Assembly: GCA_963693365.1 (NCBI GenBank)
Contig: CAVNZM010000002.1
Coordinates: 12,828,328-12,892,327, forward strand
Reading direction: 5' to 3'
From: Amoebidium appalachense
Lineage: Eukaryota > Protista > Ichthyosporea
DNA: 64,000 bases
Shown: one piece after another, positions 1-21,195 of the stretch
Layout: each line of letters starts with the position of its first letter
Numbering within the stretch: position 1 is the first letter of the stretch
The notes under the pieces: model-generated
What the model saw: the letters and a program-made list of their open reading frames with translations, nothing else
Told to the model about the DNA's origin: nothing
The model's database searches: none
Program-made: the position numbers and the translations under genes

Positions 1-149
1 GATACACACTCTGTGTTCGTTTATCCACCTGCCTGCAGGCTTCAGAATTCGTGTGCAAGCGTAAATACCAACAAATTTATTTCTCTCCGCTATTTGTGAA
101 ACGTGACAAAGATAGCGCATGTTTACAGGTGTGTGTGCGTGTGTGTTGC

Positions 150-197
<48 letters not shown>

Positions 198-316
198 TCT
201 TGTTGTAATGCTTTCCATGTATTTCTGTAACAAGATATGATGGGCCTAATGGAGTTAGTGGCATGCATCGGAAACGTTCGGGGCTGGTGAAAAAAGGGGT
301 TTGGTTGGTTTGTTGT

Positions 317-363
<47 letters not shown>

Positions 364-627
364 AATGGGTGCTTGATATGAAAGATATCTGCCTGCCTGT
401 GCAAACAGGAAACATGTGGGCCCGCACACGAGCACATACATAAACACACATCCACACGTTTACACACACAAGTGCACACACACACTCACACTCACACTCA
501 CACACATGCGCACACACATGTGTACACACACACACACACACGTACACACACGTACACACACGTACACACACGTACACACACGTACACACACGTACACGTA
601 CACATGTACACACACGAACACGTACAG

Positions 628-7413
<6,786 letters not shown>

Positions 7414-7483
7414 GACCCAGCCCTGCTCGGTGCGTGCGATTGAAAATATTGTGGGTAGTTAATAGAATATTGATATGGGGGTT

Positions 7484-7527
<44 letters not shown>

Positions 7528-8503
7528 AAAGAGACTTTACGGGTTTTTAGGTGGGGGACAGGAAAAATACATGTTTTTTGTTGTGGCCCTTTTGGTGTGT
7601 TACATGGTTGATGCATAAGTAAATATCAGGGTGAGTGTCTAGTGGGGCCGAGTGGTTTATGGTTTGAGCCTGCATTTCACGGCTTGATGGTGTGTTGTGT
7701 TAGTGAGACTTCAATATGACCTTTGTAAGAACGTGGGCAATTAAAATATCACCTATCGCCTCACAGATTTCACCAAGTGCAATGGTTTTGCCCATATATG
7801 GCATGGTGTCTATTCTTAGAAATGCCAGCCTAGTCTTTAAGTTTGACAGGATGTTTTTACGGTGGTGATTGTGAGTTGTAGTAGTTGATGGTATGTCAGT
7901 TGAATAATGGGGATATATATCACCTGAAACAGGTGTGAGACTTGAATATTTCTAGTTTAAAGCAATATTTCATCGGTGTTTTGTGTGATATGGTGTGATG
8001 TTAAGCTTGTTTATTAGAGATCCATAGTCAGGCAGGCAATGCACACAGACGCAAAAACACACCACTTGTATTGTAGCACACTTTTACGCTATCCCATAAA
8101 AAACGCACATCACACTCGTACAGCTGCATGCGCAGGTTCGCTTTTGCGTGCCAGAGCTTAGAATAAATAACGACAAATTCACACAGAGCAACAGCCTGTG
8201 AACGAGTTTTTATTTATGTTTTTCGGATTTCCCCACCTGCTGTGTTGGTGATCCCAATACAATTTATATATTTTGAGTACAATGTCATGGGGTTCGACAC
8301 TTGAATAAATAAAGCTTTTTTTGCTCCTCCTGCCAACTAATTTTCATGCCCTGGTTTCCGACTGTGGTTAAAGATTACGTGGTGTGGTGGTGTTGGTAGT
8401 GGTGTCGGCTAAGCCCTGGTGGTGGTGGGGGGGGGGAGGAGGATTCGGAGGGGGTGGGCTAGGACCATGCCTTGCTAGCCTGTTTCCTCCTCGAGCTCCC
8501 CCC

Positions 8504-8549
<46 letters not shown>

Positions 8550-8712
8550 CCCAATCACCCGATCCCGACACACACACACACACGCACACATGCACGCACA
8601 CGTGCCGAAAAAGAAAAAAACCGTGACCACCGTGATCATAGCTACGTACCGTGACGGGCGTGTGTGGACGCACATGCATGCCGCACAATGTCGAAAGCAA
8701 ACACACAAATGT

Positions 8713-8770
<58 letters not shown>

Positions 8771-9426
8771 ACACACGTACAACACGTGTCGCATGACATC
8801 ACACACACACACACACACAAAAAAAACACATAGACAAACACCACACACAACTCGGCATTGCGTACTAATAATGCGGCTTGTGATTCATGAGAAAGACCCC
8901 TATGGTCCTTAGGCCTTATATTGTTTAAGGGCCCTTAAGTTAACCACCGGCTCTCATTTCCTAAGGAACGCTCGCCACCGTGCTGGGAACCATTCTCTCA
9001 TTTCAAACCTCAGTAAGCTCAATGGCAAAATGGCAACGTGGGGGCCCCGGGTGGCCTTTATATGTTTGCCAGTGGTGACAGGCTGCCGGCCTAGGTTCAC
9101 CAGGATGCATATGGCGCCGTTGGATATCTACTAGTAATCACTGAGTTAAGTTAGTAAGCTTAAGCTACATACTATAAATACATACTATAAATGTACACTG
9201 AAAATATTCTGAATCTGCCAGTGCATGCTGCAGTGCACCGTAATGAAATCCTTGATTTTGTACTGAACGTGTATGAAAATGTCTTCTATTACAGTGTATA
9301 AGTAGTAAATAGCAGCCTAAGTATATAAGTTCCAGTATCGATCATTGGCGTTAGGCCTAGTCTCGCTGAGGAACACGAAAACTCAAAGATCTTACACAAC
9401 TGCACGCATTATCATGTGCACACACA

Positions 9427-9498
<72 letters not shown>

Positions 9499-9538
9499 GG
9501 TAGACGAGCGCGCACACACACACATACACACACACCGT

Positions 9539-9572
<34 letters not shown>

Positions 9573-9573
9573 G

Positions 9574-9607
<34 letters not shown>

Positions 9608-12116
9608 CACACGCACACACACACACGCACACGCACACACAAACGCCATAGCAGTAGCGCTATGAGAATGAATATCAAAATTTATTAGGAAGCCTACTAA
9701 CCACTGTGATCGAGACACGTGGTTTTTTTTAACGAGCGAGTTCCCCACCCCCCCTCCACCCCCCCCCTCCTCCCTCAAGGTTGAATTTGAACACACACAC
9801 AGTAGCACACACACACGCACACACAAACGTGTCACACGTCATTGTGGTGACACACGCGCACACACACACACACGCACTCGCACACACAAGCACACATGTG
9901 TGTGTACACAAACACGCACACACGTGTGCACACACACACGCACACACCGTGGCGCACGCACACACGCACCACACACGCACACACACACACGCGCGCGAGC
10001 GCGCGCACACACACACACACCGTGTGGCACACACATGGACATGCACACAAGCACATGCACCCGGCCCATGGCCACACATGTCACATGTGTTTAGTACCAG
10101 TGTTCCCCCCAGGTTTACACGGTCTATATTTTGGGAAACAGTGAGAGCACTGCCCCACCATCCCCTCCGTCCGCTCTTTTCCCCCCTCCCCGTGACACCG
10201 GTCGAAAATTGAGGCTCTCTGGCACTGTGCGCGTGCACACGCGTCGATTTCCCAGTGGGCCGTGCCCCACACAGGGCCTCCCAGCGCCGCTTGCTGGAGC
10301 TACTAAACGTGGTCACATAACCACATGTCGCTCTAAATTAGCGGCTCTAATCGCGATGGATCTTGGCGAGATCTCGTACGATCGCGGGCGATCTTCGTCG
10401 ACTATGGGGCCATGGCGTGCAAATGATTCGCAAAAAAACAGTTTTTTTTTGCCCACAAATATATAAATGGGTTTGTTTTTGCTCGTATATGGCTATGTGT
10501 GTGTATGTATGTATGATGGGATTATGAAGGACTATCAAGCTTTTGGCAAGCGCCCGTATTATAATTATGACGAATCGACGATCTATAGGCTACGCCGCTA
10601 CGCCATGTGTAAAAGTGCCTGGCGTCATGCCGATTGGCGAGCCGCTGTATCCAATAGCGTGGATAACCTTGCAGATAGTATTCCTTGAAAGTGTTCCATT
10701 TTTATCTAAATGCCAAATGCATTTGACAAAACTCTATCAGGAGGTAATAAAAAAGGGATATATATTGCTGCATGAAGACGGTGGGTGCAAAATAGCGCCT
10801 TATTCGTGCATGTAATGTGGACTCTGTGTGAGCGGGAAAATTGTTTTCCCAGAGTGGCCGTGTCAACCAATCGCGGCGTGATAGCCGCGGTCCAATCAGA
10901 TGGTTGAAAGCGATACATGGGCACGCAATGGGAACATCACGTGGCTAGCTCCGTAACATGACCTAACATTACATGACGTCATATTGGGCACACTTGGGTA
11001 GATGATGCTAGTGATCTAAAACCAATCATCTTAAGACGTGAAAGCTCAATCCGCTTTAAAAACTTTATAGACCAAAAATTAACCAATCGGAAATGTGGTT
11101 CTCTACTGATGTTTCAGCGGTTCTCCAAGAGCCGCTAAGTCTGTGATGTAAATTTTCACAAAACGAGATATATTATATTGTTTACGATAGAAAAAGTGGT
11201 TGCTGTTTCTAAGCTTGCTTGACTGTCAAAAAAAGTAGGAAAAAATTTCAATTATTATGGATATTATAATAAATAACATCGGGTTCTTTTTTCTGGAATA
11301 CGTGAGCCTCTTTTTGTGTTCCTAGTTATCTAAATGCCTTTCATACTTGCTTTAAAGATTTCACAAGTTGGACAAGTCTTGTCTTTTCAACAGGATAGTT
11401 GAATTTCTAGCCCTATACACCGGATCATTCCCGATTTGGCGACTTATTTCAGTATGGTGTGTTTTGATTGGCTCCTCCGATCAAGAAGATTGGGTGACGT
11501 GTAAAATTGGCACCCGTGATTATCATCGAGCGTTCCCTGCAGAGATCATCAGAGTGCGTAACAGTTTTGTTATTTTTTGTTTTGACTTCCTCTGAGCTCT
11601 AAGTTAGTTGAACATAGACAAAGAGTTTATTATAGGTTGTTGGGAGGGGAAGATAATAATAGTGGGTGGTTCAACATAATTTTTTGCCGCTTTTACAACA
11701 TTGGAAATCGAATTATTCGCGGGAGAGCAGAGCAGACAGGCTTTTGAAACCGTTCATATTCATACACGTGTGGAGAAGAACCACTGTCGTAGTGGTCAAG
11801 TTCAACAATCATCTTTCACTTAAAGTACCTATATACGTCTCCAGCACAGGTGACACGGTTCCATACTTTCTTGCTGTGCATTTTAGACTCATGAACGAGT
11901 AGAGCGAGCGGTAGTTTGGTTTTATTTACTTCGTTTCACTGGTTTTATCAAACACGAAACATCCTGAAAGTTTAACAAATTTCTGCTTGTGTCCGTTTCA
12001 CTTTTTTTGCAACGTCTATCGTGGGGAGGGTGCATGGCTTAGCCACTGACCCTCTATACCATGACGTTGGACCCCGATTTGCGCAAATACGCCCTTGCGG
12101 TAGGGTTTCCTTAGAG

Positions 12117-13079
12117 ATGAGCAGTTTTAACTCGGAACATGTACACGTGGGGGGAAGGGACACCATAGAGCGCCCGATTTCGGGCAATGAGCAGCACAGT
12201 GCACCAGATGATGCGCTTTTAGCGGACATTGAAAGTATATTAGGTGACAAGGAACAGGTTGAGAGCTTGTGGCCACGGGGGGAGAAGGGAGTGATCGTCA
12301 AGAAACACCCTGACACAAAAGGTATGTGTGCCTTGTAGTTTGGAGCTAATTTTTGTGCCACACTCGGAAGTCTATGAACGTTTCTGTCAGCTCGAGCCGG
12401 TTTAACTGTGTGGTTGGAGGGGCGGGGGAATGATGGTGATAGTGATTTAGTGGTTGGTGTGATAGGGTGCGCAAAATCGCCCTTGCGTTTGCACAGTCTT
12501 ATTTTCCTGTGTTTCTTCACTGCAGCTCCTTAACATGATTGGACCACGCTTTGAAGGATAAATCTTCAGTTTTTCCCTTTCTATAGTGAATAATGTATCT
12601 TACAGTTCGACACAATACACGGTGCTGTGTTTTGCTGCGCGTAGGGCGTCAGGAATTCACTGTGTGCACAAGAGGATTGTTTCACTGCTTGCACACATCC
12701 TTATTTACGTTATGGTTTACCAAGTAGCTGTGTGTTCGTGTTTGATAAGTTTTCACTATCACTGTGGGTAAATTCACTGGGCACGTGTTCTGTAACGAGT
12801 TCAGTGCACCTTTATTCAGTTGTATGTCGACTTTGTCACTCCTAAGGATTTTAACTGTGCGCACATGCTGGTGGTGGGCGCCTTGGGTAAAAAATAGGTG
12901 CACGTTGCATGGGTGTTTGTTTCGTGGCATTGAGCCATCTCTAAGTTTGAGACTAATGGGACGGGATGTGTGAAAGTGTTCTCGCTTGCTTTATGAGCAA
13001 GATTTAGCTGGAGGCTTTATGTAGTATGTAGCGACGTGTTGTATGCTCAGTGTGGTCCCCTGTCACGTCTTCCCCCCCC

Positions 13080-13110
<31 letters not shown>

Positions 13111-14593
13111 GGTTGCTTTTGAATGGTTGTGTTGCGGGTACGTCAGGAATGGTGTGATTTTCAGAAGGGTCATAGGTGGAAAAGCTTTTGGTTGGTGTGT
13201 TTACTTTTGTGCTACATTTTGTACGTTAAGTGTTCGCAATTGGTTCCTAGGCGCACTTGTGACTATATGTGCAGGTTTGGGGTTCAGCTTTGTCTTGCAT
13301 ATGAAGTTTAATTACCCCTTCTTCCAACTAATGTTGTCCTTTTCCATGCGCAGAAATGATCGGCACCAGCCCTCCATTTTTGGTCGTGAGTGGGACCGAG
13401 TTGCCTCACGACTCCATGTGGGACCCCCCGCGACCCCATGGCCAGACTGAGGAGCGGGGCCGCGACGGCCAATTTTCACTGTTTGCATTTCCCATTTCCC
13501 AAAGCACGTGGCAAGGATCTTCTGGAAATGATTCCCGCGGGGGCGACCAGCGCGGGCTCTACAATCCCATGGCTCCCGGCCCATTCACCTTATTTGGCGG
13601 CCAGCAAAGCCAACAGCAGCAGCAACGGCGGCCGGAAATGGAAAGAGGGAGGGATGGGGGGATGGGACATGGTTCAAGGATTGAGCCCGCCCCGGGAAAG
13701 GGAGGGCCTTAGCAAAAAACCGCAGCAGTTGTTGTCGCGGGTGCCCGGGAGGGAGAGGAAGGGGTCGGTCGGGGAGAGTAGAACGGCAACGTCTGCGAGC
13801 GCCGGAGTTCCCGAGGCTCTCTGGAGCTCTCCGTCTTATCCCCCGTGGGAGTCGAACATGCACGGAATGAATGTGGGCCGCCAACAGCAGGGTAGATCAC
13901 CGGGCGGGTATGCGGGAAGTGGTTATGGTGCGGGAATGGGGAATGGGCCTGGGATTGCAAGGGGATGGGCTGCGACGTCATTCGTATGTGGGAGGTGTGC
14001 AGGCACCCGTTGTCCGCCCCCCGAGGCACAGCAACATTCACTCTTTGCACGATTTTGCGTCATCGGCGGTGTTTGGCGCTGGCGGAACGGCACTTGAACG
14101 GGCTGAGACTCATAGTTGGAGGTCTGAGGGGTCGGCCCAGGGAGCGGGGTCGGATTTGTATGAGACTTACTCGAGGGAGGATGTGCATGGACACGAGATG
14201 GACCATAGAGAAGGTGGGTGTAGGTGTTTTTTTTGTTTTTTTGTTTTTTTGTTTTTTTATTTATTTTTTAATATTATCAATATTTATGTTGTGACTTGTC
14301 GTTTTGTTCTGTGTTGGACTAAGTGGTGATGGTTGGTTGCTCGCTGGTTGCTGTGAAGCTTGTGTGGGCATGGGCGTACATGCACTTGCGATCAGTGGAT
14401 GTGGGAAAGGGGTCGGTGTCGACATCATTTTTTAAAGGCTAATACGTTCCATTTATGTGGTAACCCCCGCTGATTTTTAGCCTCTTTTTGCATTTGTTTG
14501 ATTTTCCACTCTCTGGGTTTTTTTTGGTGTGCATATCGTAGGGCTTCTTTTCTTCTTCTTCTTCTTCTTCTTCTTCTTCTTCTTTTTATTTGT

Positions 14594-14635
<42 letters not shown>

Positions 14636-14791
14636 ATATGCTCTTTACGGATGAATATCTCATGGTATTTTGTGCTTACAGGAGGATCTATTGCGGGGTA
14701 TGATTGGTTCGAGGGTGATGAGGGAGAGGAGGGAGACAGGCCGGCAATGGTCAAGGAGAGAAAGCGCGGCAAGAGGGGTGGAAAGAGGGTA

Positions 14792-14835
<44 letters not shown>

Positions 14836-14990
14836 TTACACACATACACGTAACACATGTGTGCGTGTGCCCACATACATACACACACACACAGATAAGA
14901 AGATGCATCGTGTGTTCAGTTTCTATATACCCTTCAGAATCTGAAAGGTGTTCTTTGTCTCTTGGTGCTGTGTATGGAGCACTGCCAGAA

Positions 14991-15041
<51 letters not shown>

Positions 15042-15270
15042 AAAAAAAAAAAAATCTTCATGGTGTTGTACGTTGTGCATGTGTACTTCGTACATTTATG
15101 GTACATTCAAACCCCTCTTCCTCTTCCTCCTCCCCCCCCCCCCCCCCCCCCCTTCTTCTCTCTTCCTCTGAGTTTAGATGATGTAAGCTAGAGGGGGTTG
15201 AGACGAGTAACTTACACCAGGAATATGACAGTGAGTTTTGTGAGTCGATTGGAGATATGAGACCTGAAAA

Positions 15271-15301
<31 letters not shown>

Positions 15302-15854
15302 TGGGAAGGCCTTGAGCTAGTTATCTATGCTTAAATATTTCTAATTGGCAGACAGAAATAGTCCAACCTTTATATTTTCTGGTCACCTAAGTGGGCTGGA
15401 AGTGTGTTGTGATTTCGTGAGATTTCGTGACCACGATCCAAAACCAATCACAATCTTCAGTTTTCTGTGTGTGTGTGCATGTGTGTGTGCGTGTGTGCGT
15501 GTGCGTGTTGGTCAAATCATAATTTCTAACCAATCAAATCTTCTCCGATCTCCGATTGCAGTTCCGGTGCGACCGCGGTCTTCGCTGCCACTCTGCCCAG
15601 TGCAAGCGTACGCACCCCCCGGGGTGGAAGCCATGCCCAAATATGGTAACCGGTGGATGCACCGACCCGGAATGTCCGGCGTCGTGCCACCGGGAGATGT
15701 GCGAGAATTTCTTCACGTGCACACGCAAGCTGTGCTGCTACGGACATAGCTGGGGAAGGGCCGGATTGGACTCGAGGGGAAGTTGTTTGGACTCTCCGGC
15801 GAGGTCGAACGCTGCTCCTATGTTGGCTGGTACGTGACCTGATTATGGATTTAG

Positions 15855-15897
<43 letters not shown>

Positions 15898-16612
15898 ATA
15901 GCTATAGACACACTTCACACATTGCGTTACGCGCACGCATGCACACACCGCTCTGTTGGCGACAGCTCCCTTGGAACCCATGCGGCATGTTACCCGCCGG
16001 CGTAACATAACTCGGACTATCGGTTTGGCTTTTTTCAAGCCCAAAGCAATGGGTGATACCATATTTCCGGCTGACATCCGGGGGCATAGCTTTCCGTTCG
16101 AAGACGATAAAGTTCCGCCCTAGTAAGCGTGTTACTACCCTGCGGCGTGGGTCAAATCTCATATTTTCCCCTCTGATTACGAATTCTGTGGCCTTCGGGA
16201 CTTAATTCTTTTCAGCTGGTGTAGTATGTTAGCCAGGGAAGTATCGACTTAGGTATCGACGGGGGAGCTTCCTAGAAGTCCCGTCTCCTGAGTTCCTATC
16301 TATATTTTTCTTGCTTCTGCTTACTGCTGCAACTTTAACCCCCGGCCTTTCCCACTGCCCTTGCCTGCATAAGCAACCCTGCTCGTCTCTGATCAAGACG
16401 GGTGACCTACTCATGTTCAAGTGAAACAGTATCTGAGTTGGGTTTCGTTAACGAGGGGAATAGGTCGAAACTCGGGTACTGTGGATGACGTGGGCCCCCC
16501 CTGAGGATGGGCTCTGCTTATTATGCATACTCTTTATGTATGGCTTGCATTCTGCATCGTGTTATCCGTTTGTTCTTGTGTACTTCGTACTTTTTGACGC
16601 ATTCAAAACCCC

Positions 16613-16647
<35 letters not shown>

Positions 16648-16794
16648 GAGAAACGAGGTGAATGGGTTGAAACATGGATGTTTTGGGTGACTTGGGCCGT
16701 TTTGAGGATTGGTTTTATATGGACATTCTTTCTGAGTCCCACCCCCCCCCCCCCCCCCACCCCACCCCCACCCCACCCACCCACACACCCACCC

Positions 16795-16861
<67 letters not shown>

Positions 16862-17199
16862 ACTCACACACTCACACACTCACACACTCACACACTCACA
16901 CACACACAGACATGGCCGGGCTGATAGCCGACATGGCGCAACATCGCCAGCACATGGCCTCAGGGGGGGGCAGCCCCGACCCCTCAATTCTCCGCCAACA
17001 ACCCCCCCAGAGACCAAGACCCCTCCCACCTCACCCCCACCCCAACGCAAATATGCACCCTCACATGCCTGGAGGGGGTGTGGGTGGTAGCGGGGGTGTA
17101 GGTGGGCCCTCCGGGGCAGGGGGAGGACCCGGTGTGATTGGAGCAGGCGCCCCTTTTAGCGCCCGGGGGCAGTTTATACCCCACAATGGCAGGGGTCAG
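12117..17199 (+). CDS. Low-complexity protein with tandem CCCH-type zinc fingers; exons ~12117-12321, 13354-14213, 14682-14788, 15562-15829, 16910-17199; possible further exons to ~21560
   Basis: Phase-compatible GT-AG junctions. Exon 15562-15829 encodes CDRGLRCHSAQCKRTH / CPNMVTGGCTDPECPASCH / CENFFTCTRKLCCYGH. Exon 2 needs two frame changes (~13680, ~13945), so either assembly errors or a pseudogene. Downstream candidate exons (18947-19160, 19618-19731, 19835-19984, 21359-21560) are uncertain. Confidence 0.55.
15898..16078 (+). repeat. ~180-bp dispersed intronic repeat, copy 1
   Basis: Near-identical (about 4 transitions) to the reverse complement of 52475-52655. Confidence 0.85.
16361..16610 (+). 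mobile_element. Structured intronic element (retrozyme-like, hammerhead core motifs), complete copy, tail type A
   Basis: Hairpin GCTCGTCT-cTGATCA-AGACGGGT; 12-bp helix 16427-16438/16470-16481; GTCGAAAC; CTGAGGA at 16501; tail ends GCATTC followed by a C-run. Confidence 0.7.
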
Positions 17200-17816
17200 G
17201 TACCCGGGAGTTGTGTCTTTCCGATGATTGGCTGATTGAATGCCTGGAATGTAGTGTGGAATGTGTGGAATGTGCAGTGCCGAAAGGTACTTGTGCGTAG
17301 TGACGACACACTGGGTAGCTAAGATGTGATCCGATCAAGTATAAACGTAGGGCCCTGGGTGATTTCGGGTTTTCTTCTTTTTTTTGGGAGGGTGTAGTCG
17401 GAGATTTTCGTAATCGGCAAATGAAATTTGTGGCTTGGTGCGGTGTGATAGCATGGAACAGATTCCCCTTGATGCAAATTCAGGTTTTTTGGTAAAAAAA
17501 AAAAAATCGGGGTGGTTCCGACCCTCTTTTTAGGCTTGTGTGTAGTCCGTTTTTTTCTTTTTCTTTTTTTCTTTGGCTCTATGCCTCTGTATACCCTTTT
17601 CCTGTCCTGTTTTTGTGTTTCAAAATTAGAGTTAGGGGTTTAGGCGCCAAAGATTTGGTATTGTGTCTAATAAGTATATGTGTCACAGTGTTTTCTCCTC
17701 GTGGAGATTTTCGTTGAGTCTTTGGGACTCGAATATGATTCTTGTGGTGGATGGAGGATGGGCTTGCGGCTGTATCACACAGATATCATGGTCACGATGC
17801 ACGTGCGCATACCACA

Positions 17817-17868
<52 letters not shown>

Positions 17869-18822
17869 CTTACACATTTACGCATGCACTTTCCCTGCAA
17901 ACACATCCACCTGAGTACACCACATCACCTGTTTTAAAAAAGGGTTTTTCTTCTGGAAATCTCGTAGCCTGTTTCCTGAATTTTCGGTTTTTTAAAAGTT
18001 GATTTTTGTGTTGCACCCGTTTAGGTCATGCGGATACTAGGCATAGATAGTACCATTTGCATTTGCAAGTATGTAGAGAAAAGCATGGTAATTGATGATA
18101 AGATATATAGCAACGATGTTATGTGCTGTTAAAAAAAAAATTTAAATCTGAAAAACATGTGTGGGCTTTGTGAATAAAGCCGAAGAAAGATGACATTTTT
18201 TATTTTTTTGTCTACTGCACACCGGAGGTGTGCAAATAGAAGCTGTTTTTTTGTGAAAGAGGAAAAGCATGTCTACACCCACTACCCATACAGACGGCAT
18301 GTATAGATTTGCGTGATACTTTGAAACATGATGACAAGAGCGCGCGCGCACACACACACACGCGCGCGCGCGCGTGCGCACGCACACGCACACACTCACA
18401 CGCACACACAGGCACACACGTAGTGTCACACAAAAACACGCACACAAGCACACACCAAACAAAAAAAATAAAGAGGGTAGGGTGAGTGTGTGTATGGGGG
18501 GGGGAGGGGGGAGGGGCAGGTAAGTTGAGGCAACGCTACATCATTATCTGGTGAGGGTTTGGGGTTGCGTGGGGGAGGGAGGGAGGGAAGAGGGGGAGGT
18601 GATGGGGGGGGGAGGGGGGGGAGGATTGGATGGCCACGGCACATATCTGGGCGAAGGTTCCCTAAATTAGTACTTATTCAGGTTCTCTCTCCCTCTTGAC
18701 AGCAATGCTGTCCGCATCTCCCCGAAAGTTGCATCCAGTAACCGTACTCAAAGTTAGGACTAGTCGTTGAGATTGCAATTGGGTGGGTGGGTGGGTGGGT
18801 GGGTGGGTGGGTGGGTGGGTGG

Positions 18823-18868
<46 letters not shown>

Positions 18869-19220
18869 TCGGGCTCCCCACCAATCCTTCGACCCCCCGT
18901 GTGCGTGTGTGTGGCACTGCATGGTCACCTTTGGCGCATTTCCAGATGTATAAAAGAGAACCAAGAAATCAGTGGTAGAAATTTAAAATGAAGGAAGAGC
19001 TAGTAGGACGGGAGGGACTGTCTCTGAAAGAACCTGGCAGGAGAAACCAGTGAAAGCAACAAACACAATTCAACGGTGGAGTTCATGATCATGATCCACG
19101 CAGGCCCCCTCCAGGACCTCCGTCCGGCCACCTTCCCCTCGAGATCAGAATCAATTTTAGACTGTGTTTTTTTTTGTTTGTTTAGGGGGAGGGGGGGCGG
19201 GGGAGGGAGGGGGGAGAAAA

Positions 19221-19254
<34 letters not shown>

Positions 19255-19458
19255 GGGGGGGAGGGAGGGGAAGGGGGGGGTAGGCCTTCGTCCCGTGACA
19301 CAACAAACGTACAGTCTTTTTTACGTTTGCACCATGGGCACAGCGTCACACTGCCCGCTGACACCAGGGTACAGACACGTGTTCAAATTACTAGTGATTT
19401 CAAGTTACTCATATTCGTCTCCATGACGCCCTCCCTCCCTCATGGCTCCAAACCCCCC

Positions 19459-19492
<34 letters not shown>

Positions 19493-20209
19493 CCCCTCGT
19501 CCAGAATCTCAGCCGTCCCTTCTCACTCTACACCTCCCCCCCCGCCTCCCTTCCCCCCCGCCAAATACACGCACACACACACACACACACACACTTATAC
19601 ACATTCGTTTTTTCAAGCCAACATACACGCTGGGCCGGAACAGTGGTCCAAGAGGCTTTGAACGGGAATGGGGGAAGCCACTGGCAGGAGATTTAGGGTT
19701 TGCCACTGGTTCCGGTGATGGCGGAAGGAAAGGTGTGTGTGTGTGTGCGTGTGTGTGTGTGTATGTGTCTGTATGTGTGTGTGTACCCGCGTGCGTGTGA
19801 ACTGCAATACCCTAGCAACCCACTGTTATGAGCAGGCTCAGACACGCAATCATAATGGTCCCCACCGGTTTCCCCGAACTAGTAGCCCCCCCCCCCCCCC
19901 CCCCCCCCGGTCAATCGCGCCGGGCCCCCCCACTGCAGAGGATTATCAAAAAACCCTTGGTAGTCCCCTGCCCGGGCCCGGCAGGCACGTGCATGTGTCC
20001 TTGTGTGTGTGTGTGTGTGTGTGTGTCACAGTGTGTGTGTGTGTGTGTGTGTGTGTAAGGTGGGGGGGGGGGGGGGGGGGGGGAGGAGGGGGGGGGAGGG
20101 GGAGGGGAGGGAGGGAGAGCGGAGGTGGGCTGCGTGCACCGGCATATGTGTGCCCTCTTTGAACCTAAAGGCGCCGCCTGCCTGCATGCATGTGTGTGTG
20201 TGCGCGCGC

Positions 20210-20268
<59 letters not shown>

Positions 20269-20590
20269 TGGGTTGTGTGTGAGTGTGTGGGCGTGTGGGT
20301 GCGTGGGTGGGTGTGCGCATGGGTGGTGGGTGGGTGCATGCGTAGGTGCGTGGGTTCGTGCATGCATGCGTGCGTGCGTGCGTGCGTGTGTGCGTGGGCG
20401 GGTGTCAGTCGATGTCCTTCTCCTGACCATACGTTCTGTGCTTCTAATCCCCTTTTGGATCAGGAGTGTAACACTGTACATGCATATTGTGTGCGCGCGA
20501 GCACATGGGAACAATTCCTGTAATATGCATGATTGCGTCACGATGCATGTTGCACATTGTATGTCTCCATGTGGTGTATGAAAACGCATG

Positions 20591-20670
<80 letters not shown>

Positions 20671-21059
20671 ATGGCGTGCATCTGTGCGCATGTGTGTGCG
20701 TGACCACAGTGTCTGTGTGTACACATGTGAGTTAGTAATGCTATGTACATGTGTGCACGAGCACAGTGTGTACATGTGTGTGTGTGTTATTTTCAATGGT
20801 TATTTGTTTTACCGTTTTTTTCCCTGGGGGGGGGCCGTAGTGGTCCCTCATGGGAACTACAACTATTCACTAAGCACCGACTGTACCTAGCTAGGGTGCC
20901 AATGGTGCATTCAGCTAATCTAACACACCTTACATACCAATCCTAATTTTATTACTATCAACGGTTATGTACTGTATGTACTTAGCGCACTTAACGCGGG
21001 GATTTTATCCCCATGGCCTCGCTGGGACAGAGTTAACTTGCTGTGAACAGAACCATACT

Positions 21060-21154
21060 GCAGCAGAATAAGCTTGCTCGAAGCAGAATAATTTTGCGTA
21101 GAGCAGAATATTTCTCTTTTTAGCAGAATAATTCTGCTTTTGCAGAATAATTCT

Positions 21155-21195
<41 letters not shown>

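Noticed and set aside
38-128. Possible upstream CHD exon (AG...GT, one open frame)
   Set aside because: Translation shows no resemblance to the expected DUF1086 sequence.
7636-7712. tRNA-like A-box (GGGCCGAGTGGTTTATGG)
   Set aside because: No T-arm/B-box or cloverleaf could be built.
10467-10930. Short ORFs in the intergenic region
   Set aside because: Multiple stops and no recognisable motifs.
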